Source of the DNA: a virus
Taxonomy: Duplodnaviria; Caudoviricetes
Length of the DNA stretch: 64,000 bases
Strand: one strand, 5' to 3'
Virus record (IMG/VR): IMGVR_UViG_3300029305_005387
The notes beneath the pieces were generated by a model that saw nothing but the letters and a program-made list of their open reading frames with translations, made no database searches and was not told the DNA's origin. The position numbers and the translations under genes were made by a program. Shown piece after piece: positions 1 through 9,521 of this stretch (the first letter of the stretch is position 1; each line of letters begins with the position of its first letter).

Positions 1-1605
1 TCCAATTGTGGATCTAGGAGGAATATCAAGTAGATCAGTTGCATCAGTTTCTGTGTGATGAATCACCATACAATTTTCTTCATCTTGCCAGCATTCATCA
101 GAATAAATAAAGAACTGAAGTAAACCTGTACTTGGATATCCTTCCAACTTAGGAAGTTCGGAAAGGTTCAACTGTGCAAGACAGATCATTGGTTTATCCT
201 TTCCATACATAGGCCATTCTTTATCTTTAGGCCAATAAGGAATACCACCAATCTTTGTTACTTTACGCTTTTTAGGATCATCCTGATCGTGTTTAGATCC
301 AGGAGTTAATCTAATAGATTTTACTGCAGTATCATCGAACATTTTCTGCATTGCTCGTTTACACTTTTCTTCAATTTCTTTCTGACTAAATTCAGATTTC
401 TTAGAAGTAGCATTTTTGGAAACAAAGTTATGTTCGATGACTACAGATCTTCGGATATCTTCAATATCTCCTTTGGATCTATTTGCTTTATTACGGAAGT
501 GGAATTTAGATGGTTTCTTTCCTTCGGTCACATAACCAAATACGGAACTTTCCAAAACGAAATCATCATCTTCATGTTTACTACTGATCTTAGGATTTTC
601 TTTCTTAATTTCAGTAGCAGCTGCTTTTTCAGTTTCACAAAGTTCGGCACGAAGTTTTTCTGCTTTCTTTCTGTACTGCTCACAAACAGCCTGCTGTTTC
701 TTGATGATAATTTCTTTCTTCTTAGGATCCATATTTTTCATATTCTCAAGCTGCTCAATATTTCTCTGAATAAATTCTACCTGCTGTTCAAGAGAAAGAA
801 TTGTATCAGCTTTCTTCTTATAACGAAGATAAATGATAGAACGAATCAAAGGAATAATACCAAACATTGTATTTTTAATAGATTTAAAAATGTTTGCTCC
901 AGCTTTTACAATTTTACCAGTACTATTGAATAGAGCAGAGATCAGTTCAATAGTATCTCCAATGGAAGCTTCAGTAAAAGAAGTGTATTCATTTACAGAT
1001 ATCTCTTTATTATTAACAGCGTTAATTAATTCTTCCAAATAATCTCTGTGTTTACTGTCTGTAAGCTGTTTAGCAAGATCTTTCAATGTTTTAGGAATAA
1101 TTCCAAATGTCGTAGCAGATTTCTTTTGAATACGAATCTCTGTACCATTACTAACAACATCCATATTGTTTGCCATAATCATGGATAAAGAAGTTACTAA
1201 AAGATATACGGAGTTTTCATATTCCAGAACTACCAAACGCACATTCTTATCATATGCATCAGTATATAAAGACTGATACCTTTCTAAAGACTCAAAAACT
1301 TTATCACATTCTTTAACAGATTCAAGAGTTCCTAAATTCTTCTTAAGGAAAGATAAAGCACTCTTGATATTTTCATATGCAGAAAAGTTTCTAATATTAC
1401 CTCTGGATTTAGAGATTCTTTCATCTTTAACCACATCTTTAGAAGCAATCTTCTCAATATCTGTGATAAAATTCTTCAAGTATGTAAGTCCAGTTTTTGT
1501 ATCTTTATCAACATTACTAGCTGCTTCCATATAAGCTGGACTAATTCTATTGGAAGTACCAGCAATAATTTCAAGATAATTATTACAAATAGAATACTGT
1601 TCCAT
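1..1605 (-). CDS. Partial CDS running off the left edge: putative virion protein with a YwqG/DUF1963-like domain near the window edge
   Basis: Not in the ORF track. ATG at 1605 with AAGGAGG RBS; read by hand with no stop down to position 1. Distal part reads TKIGGIPYWP...WP...PMICLAQLNLSELPKLEGYPSTGLLQFFI, a YwqG/DUF1963 pattern. Confidence 0.75.
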   Translation of the reverse strand, partial: MEQYSICNNYLEIIAGTSNRISPAYMEAASNVDKDTKTGLTYLKNFITDIEKIASKDVVKDERISKSRGNIRNFSAYENIKSALSFLKKNLGTLESVKECDKVFESLERYQSLYTDAYDKNVRLVVLEYENSVYLLVTSLSMIMANNMDVVSNGTEIRIQKKSATTFGIIPKTLKDLAKQLTDSKHRDYLEELINAVNNKEISVNEYTSFTEASIGDTIELISALFNSTGKIVKAGANIFKSIKNTMFGIIPLIRSIIYLRYKKKADTILSLEQQVEFIQRNIEQLENMKNMDPKKKEIIIKKQQAVCEQYRKKAEKLRAELCETEKAAATEIKKENPKISSKHEDDDFVLESSVFGYVTEGKKPSKFHFRNKANRSKGDIEDIRRSVVIEHNFVSKNATSKKSEFSQKEIEEKCKRAMQKMFDDTAVKSIRLTPGSKHDQDDPKKRKVTKIGGIPYWPKDKEWPMYGKDKPMICLAQLNLSELPKLEGYPSTGLLQFFIYSDECWQDEENCMVIHHTETDATDLLDIPPRSTIG

Positions 1606-1627
1606 TTATGTTTCCTCCTTTCTCGAC

Positions 1628-3418
1628 TTAACGATTCACCATTTTATTCAATTCTTTCATAATCTGACTATTGTCAGTTTTAGCAAGCTCAGCATCGATT
1701 GCTGCAAGAGACTGAACATCCCAGTCGTTATCACTGTCAGGGAATAATATTCTCATAGAACCTGCAGATCCATCTACAATTACGATACCAATCAAGAATA
1801 ACGTTTTTGCAAGTTTCTTAGCATTAGAAACTACACTCAAGTCAATACCTGTCTGATTGGTTAATGTGGTAACATCAGTCTGTGCAAGTACTAAAGTACC
1901 ATTTGGAATAGGTACGTGTCCATCAGTGAGTAATTGAGTAGGTTTCTTTAATAGTGAACCATGCGTTTTGTCATATTCACCAAGACGCTTTAATGTATTG
2001 ATCCAACGCTTATTGTAGTTAATATGTTTAGCAGCATCTGCTTTGAGACCTTTGATATTAAACATGTAATCCATGAAATCAATTTCTCCAGTTTTATAAC
2101 GTACTTTCTGAAGAGATTTGATATTACCAGTTACAAGTTCACGAAGATCTTCAGCTAAATCCTGAGTACGAATTAGATGCATAACACTCTTGATACCAAT
2201 GATGAATCTAACATCTCTTTCTAGTCCACCATTATTGGATTTAATGCGGAAAGTTGCTTCAATAGTGTAAGGAAGCATGTTGTTAATCTTCTTAATATCA
2301 CCGTCTCGAAGCATTTTAGGAGCATCAACAGCTTTAATTACGTCAGGAGCTTTTTTGATGAATTCTTTAGTAGAAGTAGTAACATCCTCACTTTTTTCTA
2401 ATCTACGAATTCGTCCAGCTGGATCAACATCATAATTTTTGATTTTACCATCTTTAATGTCAGCTTTTAATTTATCCAATTCTCTCTTTAATTTTTCTTC
2501 AGCATCATGCTTCTGTCTTAAACGACGTTCAATGGCTTCACGAACTTTTCTCTGATGAACAGCATCATCCTTATCTCCAGGCATAGATGCTTCTACTTCT
2601 GATTTAATATCACGAGCACTCATATCGATTGTTTTCCACTCACGATCAGTGAATCCGGCACGTTCACGAGCCATTTCTTCCAGTTCTTTCTCACTGACAA
2701 TTACCCCTTTAACGGTAACTTTTTTGCTTCTATCAGTAGTGGTATCTACATTATCAGCTTCTTTAAGATATCTGAAACCAGTAAGAGGTTCGTTCATTAA
2801 ACGAGCATTTTCCATGATAAGATTCTTATCTGTAGTAGGAACTCTACGAAATTCTACATTACAGATAGGACTGATCTGTTCAGAATAAAAAGCAGCTTCT
2901 TTCATAATGGAATCGATTTCATCAATTGGTTGATAAAATTCATTCATTAAAACAAAATCTGCAGATTCTTTAAGATTGGTATGGAACTTTTTCAAGAATA
3001 CAAGGTTATTAGCCTCATCCTCATCCAAAATAGGATTCTGAGAAAGAACTGTCTGAACAAGAGTTGTGTAAACTCTCTCAAACAATCCTGCAATAATTTG
3101 AGCTTCGTTAACTCTCAATGTTTGTGTTACATAAATAGGGAACTGAAGAACAGAGTTTCTGGATCTAGCGATAATGGATTTATTATCAATTCGATGTTTG
3201 TTCATACTTTGATCCAAATCACTAATTCTGTTAGCAACCTTATCAACACCATGATCCTGAACGGCTTTAGCTTTATCATATATGCCTTTATCCGCATCAT
3301 TCCATACGTCTTTGATTGCATCAACGTCTACATTACTAGCAGATTTTAGTACATCCCCAACCATTCCTTCAGAAAATACTTCAGTAGGTTGAGATGCATT
3401 ACCAAATAAAATAGCCAT
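1628..3418 (-). CDS. Putative virion structural protein (jumbo-phage type)
   Basis: 596-aa ORF with AAGGAG RBS; candidate late promoter motif at 3465-3477; function inferred from context only. Confidence 0.45.
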   Translation of the reverse strand: MAILFGNASQPTEVFSEGMVGDVLKSASNVDVDAIKDVWNDADKGIYDKAKAVQDHGVDKVANRISDLDQSMNKHRIDNKSIIARSRNSVLQFPIYVTQTLRVNEAQIIAGLFERVYTTLVQTVLSQNPILDEDEANNLVFLKKFHTNLKESADFVLMNEFYQPIDEIDSIMKEAAFYSEQISPICNVEFRRVPTTDKNLIMENARLMNEPLTGFRYLKEADNVDTTTDRSKKVTVKGVIVSEKELEEMARERAGFTDREWKTIDMSARDIKSEVEASMPGDKDDAVHQRKVREAIERRLRQKHDAEEKLKRELDKLKADIKDGKIKNYDVDPAGRIRRLEKSEDVTTSTKEFIKKAPDVIKAVDAPKMLRDGDIKKINNMLPYTIEATFRIKSNNGGLERDVRFIIGIKSVMHLIRTQDLAEDLRELVTGNIKSLQKVRYKTGEIDFMDYMFNIKGLKADAAKHINYNKRWINTLKRLGEYDKTHGSLLKKPTQLLTDGHVPIPNGTLVLAQTDVTTLTNQTGIDLSVVSNAKKLAKTLFLIGIVIVDGSAGSMRILFPDSDNDWDVQSLAAIDAELAKTDNSQIMKELNKMVNR

Positions 3419-3520
3419 ATTTACATCTCCTTTACGTGAATTACTTACTTATTTTAGTACAGTATTAAGCTTCTGTTTGATCCTATATTTTATAAAAGAA
3501 AAAAAATATAAAAGAAAAAT

Positions 3521-3550
3521 AAATGGGTCCATTAAATGATGGACCCATTT
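3521..3550. terminator. Intrinsic terminator hairpin
   Basis: AAATGGGTCCAT-N6-ATGGACCCATTT flanked by A/T tracts. Confidence 0.7.
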
Positions 3551-3555
3551 TATTA

Positions 3556-4257
3556 TTAATTATGAAATACCTGATCATCTTCAGCACACCATTCTTCCAA
3601 TAGCATACTGTCTAGATCCTTCATATCCTCTTTACGAACATCAATACCATATTCTTTTAATCGTCGAATCTTTTCTTTCTTTGTCATCATTCTGATGATA
3701 GATTCTTTACCGTCTCTGGTAGTTGATTTAGTCTCCAACTCTTCTTTAGCAGCTGCTCTACGAATATCAACAGCATTATCCCAAATAATGTCTCTATCAA
3801 TATAAATTGATCCAGTTCTTCCTTTTGAAAATAACTCATTGAGATCAATCACTTCTATATCAAATTTTTTCTTCATATGTTTACATAAAACATCGATATA
3901 GAAATTTTCATTTTGATCACATATCATCATCACGTCATAATGATTAAGTAATGGATTGATTAATGCTTGATATATTAAGACGTCATAATGATTAACATGT
4001 TTCAATATTGTCCTATCTTCATCATTTAACATCTCTAAATACATCTTTTCAAAAAGAGTCTTATCTTGTGTTTCAGCATATATCATTATAGCTTCACTTT
4101 CAGGATATAGCTCACTCAATTTAACAACATTTCGTTGTTTACCTTGATTAGACACCTTAGCAGAAATAATAGCATATTGAATATTTCGCAATTCCATATC
4201 AGTAAAATGATCAATAGCATGAATTAAAAAATGTTGCCAGTCTATCCTATATATCAT
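3556..4257 (-). CDS. Hypothetical protein
   Basis: 233-aa ORF with GGAGG RBS. Confidence 0.7.
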   Translation of the reverse strand: MIYRIDWQHFLIHAIDHFTDMELRNIQYAIISAKVSNQGKQRNVVKLSELYPESEAIMIYAETQDKTLFEKMYLEMLNDEDRTILKHVNHYDVLIYQALINPLLNHYDVMMICDQNENFYIDVLCKHMKKKFDIEVIDLNELFSKGRTGSIYIDRDIIWDNAVDIRRAAAKEELETKSTTRDGKESIIRMMTKKEKIRRLKEYGIDVRKEDMKDLDSMLLEEWCAEDDQVFHN

Positions 4258-4278
4258 TTACTACCTCCAATTTTATAA

Positions 4279-4314
4279 AAATACAAGGCAACCAATATTG
4301 GTTGCCTTGTATTT
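4279..4314. terminator. Perfect 36-bp palindrome, probable terminator
   Basis: AAATACAAGGCAACCAAT/ATTGGTTGCCTTGTATTT just after the 4330 stop. Confidence 0.7.
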
Positions 4315-4329
4315 AGAAATTATTTTGTT

Positions 4330-7300
4330 TTAATTTTCTCGATTACCCTTACGACGGATAGGTGCGAAAGTTCTATGACCATCTGCTTCTGCTTCATCAA
4401 TCATACGCTGTGCTGCTGGAGAAATATTCATATTTTGATTATCTTCTTCCACCTGTACTGATTCAGCAGTTTCAACCTTATTACTATCATTGGATACATT
4501 AGGAACTACTACAGCAGGACGTCCAGGTGTTCCGAGAAGTGCCTCAATAGCAGCCTGTTCTGCAGCATTCATCTGTTCATCTGAACTGGTAACAAATTCT
4601 TCGCCCATTTCTTCTTCACCATCCTCATCATCACTTTCCATTACTTGAACGAAATCTTTGACATAATCTTCATCATGTACAAGATCAGGCATTGATAGTG
4701 TACGTCTAAGATGTGAAATTGCTCCATTGCCGATCTCATCACAAATAACAGTATTGATGCGATTAAGAGTTTCTTCATCATCAACAAGTTCATAGTCTCC
4801 ATCATTATCGATAACAAAGATTCCCATGAGATAATAAACACCAATGATTGCTTCACCAGTCTCTTCATTCATATCAAGAATAACCATATGAATCTGCTCT
4901 TCTTCAATTTCATCATCGTTAGCAGCATTCAACCAATACTCCGGATTTTTAGTTCTGAACATAATGTCTGGAGTAAAGTGAATCAACCAATCCCATTTAC
5001 CGTTACGATCGTCAGCAAGACTAGGAAGCTTCTTAGATGGATCAATCTCAGCAATGTTTACATACAGTGGAATGTTAATATCACCAGATGATTCAGATGA
5101 AATGATCTTTACAATATCCATACCGTCATCATCAGGATAAATTTCTACTGTCAAACTCTGAGCTGGCATTGTATCTTCATCATCTTCTTCAGACTCAACT
5201 TCTTCATCGAATTCATTCACTGCATTTGTGATCATCTCTGCTGAAAATGCCATCTGATCATCTTCAATGGCCTGTTTCATGACAGATTCATCAATGATCG
5301 TAGCATTGTTATTTACTTTACCAGCCTCAGCTAACATTGCATGAATAGATGCTTCATCTGCATTTTCTACAGGATTCTGTTGAATTTCTTCCTGAAGACT
5401 TTCTTCCTGAAGACTTTCTCTTAATTCTGTAGAAATGTATTCTTCCTCAGGTAAACACCATGTTTCCAATCCTCTTGCAACGATTTCTGCACCTGATTTA
5501 GAAATACTAAACTTCAGGCACAAACGATCTACAAATGTAGGAAGCCATTCTCTCTGGATACCTCTGTAATCAGGGAACATCTGATCATACTTTTCCATAA
5601 TGGATTTACAATCATCTGTCTGATTCAGATTACGATTATTCCAGAATCGTTCAATGAATACAAGTGTTGGGAAATAGTCAGCTGTGTAAATATCATCCTT
5701 CTTCAATATCCATTCTGTATGAGTGCCTGGTTTCTTAGGATTATTATTGGGAACTTCTACAGTATCACAATCCACGAAAGCTACCAAAGAACGGAAAATT
5801 GCATTCTGACATGCTCTATAGAATTTTTCCGGTAACAGCTTCTTATCTTTACAATAAGATTTCACATCATCGAACATTTCTGTTTGATGAAGATACTCAC
5901 TCATCTTGTTGGATAATTTACTTGTTGCATAATGAAATTTATCAATGAAATTATCAGGAAATACGATTTCTTCTTCCACAGGTTCTTCAGCTTCCAATTC
6001 AGCTGTTACAACAGTAGCTTCGATAAATTCTTCTTCTACTTCTACAGGTTCTTCTTCATTTTCTTCTACCTGTACTGATGGTGCAACAGTTTCTGTCGTT
6101 ACAGGATTTTCCACAAATTCATCTTCATCACCTGAATCTTCTGCTAAATCTTCAATGGACATATCAAAATGGTTTTCAGCTGGAATATGTTCTTCAGACT
6201 TACCATCATAAATCACATGTTCTTCTTCCTGTGGAACTTGAACCACTTCAGCTTCAACTACAGTTGCTTCTACAACTGTTGCCTGGATTACGTCATCACC
6301 CATTGTTCCTGCAAATGCAAGTCCATCATCAGATTCTTTAACAGCAGGCTCCTGTTGATCTGCCATCCATACCTTTACATTGATTGCTCTCTGGTTATTC
6401 ATTCTTTCCTGCACCATTCTTTGTGCGATTGTTGCTCTAACATCTTTAGCCATGTTATTATCCTCCTTATTGTTAATATATAAATTTTCATTTATACCAT
6501 TCATAGTGAAAGTATCTGGACCAATATTGATTACTTCTTCTTTCGGTTTTTCAACTACTTTCTTTTTAGTGACAAGATAATTACTCTTATTTGGATCCAA
6601 TGTTCTTAATACATTAGATTCTGTCATTTCATATCCCTCATCACTAAGGTCGCCAATTTCATGACGATGCATATCATTACCAATTCTTCCTCGTATGTCC
6701 TCAAACTTATATTTCTTCCCACATGAGGAACAATATAATTCTGTGAAATCCTTATTAGGAACTAACATCGAATTATTTTTGCAGCTGTGACATAATAGAA
6801 GATCAGAACCTACGTCATAGACATATGCGAAGTCTAGACATACAGGTTCTTCAGAACCAACTCGTTGGCCCCAGTTGGCATAGTTATTTGGTGTGATACC
6901 AACATCACCAATCAGGTATACTGAGCTTAATGACTGAAGTATTTCTCGAATTTCATCAGCATACTTATACATTTCAGTATACGAGTTAAATGGTTGAATA
7001 TACTCAGCCACTAACAATGTACCAGAAGTTGAAACTTCATATATCTTTGTTACATGTGGATATAGACGTTTCGCCATCTTGAATTCTTTAAGGTTATCAA
7101 TCTTTCCATCGTGGTCCGTTGCAACCTTAATAACATAACCATCTAACCTGAAAGCATAACGATTTGTTCCAGGTCCTAAAAGAACTACATCACTGATGTG
7201 AAACTCTCTCAGCAGGTTAATGATTTCGGATTGTTTTTCTTTATTACTGATATCCCTTCGCCTACTGAGAAGTTCGAACTTCACACGTAATTCAAAAGGT

Positions 7301-7341
7301 AATCTTTCGTGTAACAAAGATCGCAAAAATTTCTCTGCCAA
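4330..7341 (-). CDS. Protein-kinase-like domain plus Zn ribbon plus long acidic region
   Basis: TTG start with RBS. LGPGTNR (Gly loop), VIKVA (Lys), NLKEF (helix C Glu), GDVG...NYANW (catalytic-loop-like), CLDFAY (DFG-like), CxxC...CxxC, then ~750 aa rich in E/D. Confidence 0.65.
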   Translation of the reverse strand: MAEKFLRSLLHERLPFELRVKFELLSRRRDISNKEKQSEIINLLREFHISDVVLLGPGTNRYAFRLDGYVIKVATDHDGKIDNLKEFKMAKRLYPHVTKIYEVSTSGTLLVAEYIQPFNSYTEMYKYADEIREILQSLSSVYLIGDVGITPNNYANWGQRVGSEEPVCLDFAYVYDVGSDLLLCHSCKNNSMLVPNKDFTELYCSSCGKKYKFEDIRGRIGNDMHRHEIGDLSDEGYEMTESNVLRTLDPNKSNYLVTKKKVVEKPKEEVINIGPDTFTMNGINENLYINNKEDNNMAKDVRATIAQRMVQERMNNQRAINVKVWMADQQEPAVKESDDGLAFAGTMGDDVIQATVVEATVVEAEVVQVPQEEEHVIYDGKSEEHIPAENHFDMSIEDLAEDSGDEDEFVENPVTTETVAPSVQVEENEEEPVEVEEEFIEATVVTAELEAEEPVEEEIVFPDNFIDKFHYATSKLSNKMSEYLHQTEMFDDVKSYCKDKKLLPEKFYRACQNAIFRSLVAFVDCDTVEVPNNNPKKPGTHTEWILKKDDIYTADYFPTLVFIERFWNNRNLNQTDDCKSIMEKYDQMFPDYRGIQREWLPTFVDRLCLKFSISKSGAEIVARGLETWCLPEEEYISTELRESLQEESLQEEIQQNPVENADEASIHAMLAEAGKVNNNATIIDESVMKQAIEDDQMAFSAEMITNAVNEFDEEVESEEDDEDTMPAQSLTVEIYPDDDGMDIVKIISSESSGDINIPLYVNIAEIDPSKKLPSLADDRNGKWDWLIHFTPDIMFRTKNPEYWLNAANDDEIEEEQIHMVILDMNEETGEAIIGVYYLMGIFVIDNDGDYELVDDEETLNRINTVICDEIGNGAISHLRRTLSMPDLVHDEDYVKDFVQVMESDDEDGEEEMGEEFVTSSDEQMNAAEQAAIEALLGTPGRPAVVVPNVSNDSNKVETAESVQVEEDNQNMNISPAAQRMIDEAEADGHRTFAPIRRKGNREN

Positions 7342-7382
7342 ACCTATTCTCCTCCTTTCTCTATATTAATAATATATAAGGT

Positions 7383-7919
7383 TTAGTCGCCAAAATGCTC
7401 TGGAAATGATTCATATAAAATCATCAATTCATCTAACATAAATTCTTCAATCAGTTTATTTCTAGTATTATAAACAATATGTTTCATGATTATTTCAAAG
7501 AAAATATCTTTCAATGCTTTCTGATATTTATTTTTCAAATATGGAAAAGCTTCGTTAGCATATCCATAGTTAATCCTTGTCAATAAGAAATTCTTTGCTT
7601 CATCATTAATCATCATACTCTCTGTACTAGTTAATGGAGCAACTAAATATTTTGCTTCTTTACCTCTCTTATGATTTGGATTTTTCACTGTTAGATTATA
7701 TAGACTAATTTCATCATTAGTGTTCTCATCCAATATAGGAAGAATATTACGCATAACATCAGTCATTGATTTTAATTTGAAATTTCTACATTTATGGAAT
7801 TCCATATATGCTTTTACATATTCCTTATTGTCACTCCATGCTTGTACTTGTTGACGATCTCCTAAATCATGTATAACGAAATATATCGTTACTTGATCAT
7901 CTCTATCATATCTTTCCAT
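7383..7919 (-). CDS. Hypothetical protein, likely paralog of 7934-8632
   Basis: 178-aa ORF with RBS; shares W(S/T)xNKxxxKA(Y/F) and LxxxYxxAL patterns with its neighbour. Confidence 0.65.
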   Translation of the reverse strand: MERYDRDDQVTIYFVIHDLGDRQQVQAWSDNKEYVKAYMEFHKCRNFKLKSMTDVMRNILPILDENTNDEISLYNLTVKNPNHKRGKEAKYLVAPLTSTESMMINDEAKNFLLTRINYGYANEAFPYLKNKYQKALKDIFFEIIMKHIVYNTRNKLIEEFMLDELMILYESFPEHFGD

Positions 7920-7933
7920 GTCTTTCCTCCATG

Positions 7934-8632
7934 TTATAAATCTTCTCTCAAAATCATTATGAAACTTTCTAATGAATATAATATTTTCTTAGCAGGTAAT
8001 GTAAATGTTGATAAACCTGGAATTTCATCTTTTCGATGATATTCTTCTTCAGGATAATCATACATCGAGTATGCACCCTCTATTTCCATATTTATCATAT
8101 CTTCACTAGAAGTACACTCATGATATCCACATACATCATACAATGCTTCTATCTCTGGTGGTTCAAATCCTAGATATAATAAGGCATCTGCATAATATTC
8201 ATCTAAATTATTAAACATATTCAGATGTTTAATTCCGCACTTACCTCGATCCACAATAGATGATAAATTTCTAAAATATGCTTGAATTTTCTTTTCAGTT
8301 TCCATCATCTCATGTTTAGTTATAAAGAATTCAATTTCCTCACCAGTAGAAGCTATTTTTAATGTTAAGAAATCAATCATTATATCCATACTTAGGTCAG
8401 TATCAGAATAGTAATAAGCTAAGTCTTCAGTACTTACTTTCTTCACTCTATATTTGTCTTTATTTCTTTGACTGAAGAAAGCTTTTAAAATATTTTTATT
8501 ACTAGTCCAACCATAAAGAACGATTCTTTCTTCAGGAGATGAAATATCAGGTCGTTCATTTTCCATATAAGTACGGAATACTAAATATTTTGTATCACTC
8601 ACGTTTACCCTCACTTTCCTGATATTTATCAC
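7934..8632 (-). CDS. Hypothetical protein (true start probably GTG at 8602)
   Basis: ORF overlaps the upstream gene's stop; paralogous motifs with 7383-7919. Confidence 0.6.
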   Translation of the reverse strand: MINIRKVRVNVSDTKYLVFRTYMENERPDISSPEERIVLYGWTSNKNILKAFFSQRNKDKYRVKKVSTEDLAYYYSDTDLSMDIMIDFLTLKIASTGEEIEFFITKHEMMETEKKIQAYFRNLSSIVDRGKCGIKHLNMFNNLDEYYADALLYLGFEPPEIEALYDVCGYHECTSSEDMINMEIEGAYSMYDYPEEEYHRKDEIPGLSTFTLPAKKILYSLESFIMILREDL

Positions 8633-8804
8633 CGAATATTTCTTTCATGAAATCTTCATAATTATAAATGGAATCATACTGATCAAAATCTTTACATTCA
8701 TAACAAGGTGAGTGATTTGATACACATAAAACATTTATGCAAGTTTCACATTTATTTCGTTTCTCTCCGGTAATAAAACCAATTATTGTTTTTATAATTC
8801 CCAT
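8595..8804 (-). CDS. Small Cys-rich hypothetical protein
   Basis: 69 aa, CxxC...CxxC, tightly packed in the operon. Confidence 0.55.
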   Translation of the reverse strand: MGIIKTIIGFITGEKRNKCETCINVLCVSNHSPCYECKDFDQYDSIYNYEDFMKEIFGDKYQESEGKRE

Positions 8805-8806
8805 TA

Positions 8807-9520
8807 TTATACCTCTCTTCCTACGATATGAATTAAAGGTATAATGATGTTCTGAAAATTGAATAATGGATTGATTTTATTACTTGTATTATTGAATTCT
8901 AAATAATATCCTTCATCCAATTCTCCAGCTTTATATGCATCTATAAATTGGATCAAATATCTCTTGACTCTAGAATTCTTTGTTTCCATCATAGATATTA
9001 TATTCTTCAAAAATTCCATCATATATAATCTATGACGATTAACCGCACTATCACTCATACCTTTAACATCAATTCCCATATAAGAATAATATATTTCTAT
9101 ATTTTGAATATTTGGAAATCTAATATAAGAAGTATAATTGTTTTTAGGACTAAATTGTACTTGTCCAAATTTCAATCGCTTACAACTTCCTATTGTATAT
9201 ATTGCATCCTTCTTGACACTTAGAATGTTATTATCATTCAAATTATTAAACTCTATAAAGAATCCACGAACTTCTGCAAACTTTTCTCCTAGACGATTTG
9301 AGAATTCTTTATCTTTGCCTTGCAACTTACCAACTGCTATATGTCGTTCAAGTCCTTTATCAAGTCGCTCTAACTCCCGAATTTGTTCGGGAGAGAGCAA
9401 CTTAAATTGTTTTATCAAACTAAATCCAGCATCTTTCATATCATATTCAATAATTTCATCATTAAACAAATACTCTATATTTGGATTTAGATAAGTGCTT
9501 CGTTTCGGATCATATGACAT
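8807..9520 (-). CDS. Small divergent family-B DNA polymerase-like palm protein
   Basis: IIEYDMKDAG (motif A-like), LSVKKDAIY (motif C-like, DTD equivalent), IDVKGM (KG motif); only 237 aa. Confidence 0.5.
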   Translation of the reverse strand: MSYDPKRSTYLNPNIEYLFNDEIIEYDMKDAGFSLIKQFKLLSPEQIRELERLDKGLERHIAVGKLQGKDKEFSNRLGEKFAEVRGFFIEFNNLNDNNILSVKKDAIYTIGSCKRLKFGQVQFSPKNNYTSYIRFPNIQNIEIYYSYMGIDVKGMSDSAVNRHRLYMMEFLKNIISMMETKNSRVKRYLIQFIDAYKAGELDEGYYLEFNNTSNKINPLFNFQNIIIPLIHIVGREV

Positions 9521-9521
9521 A

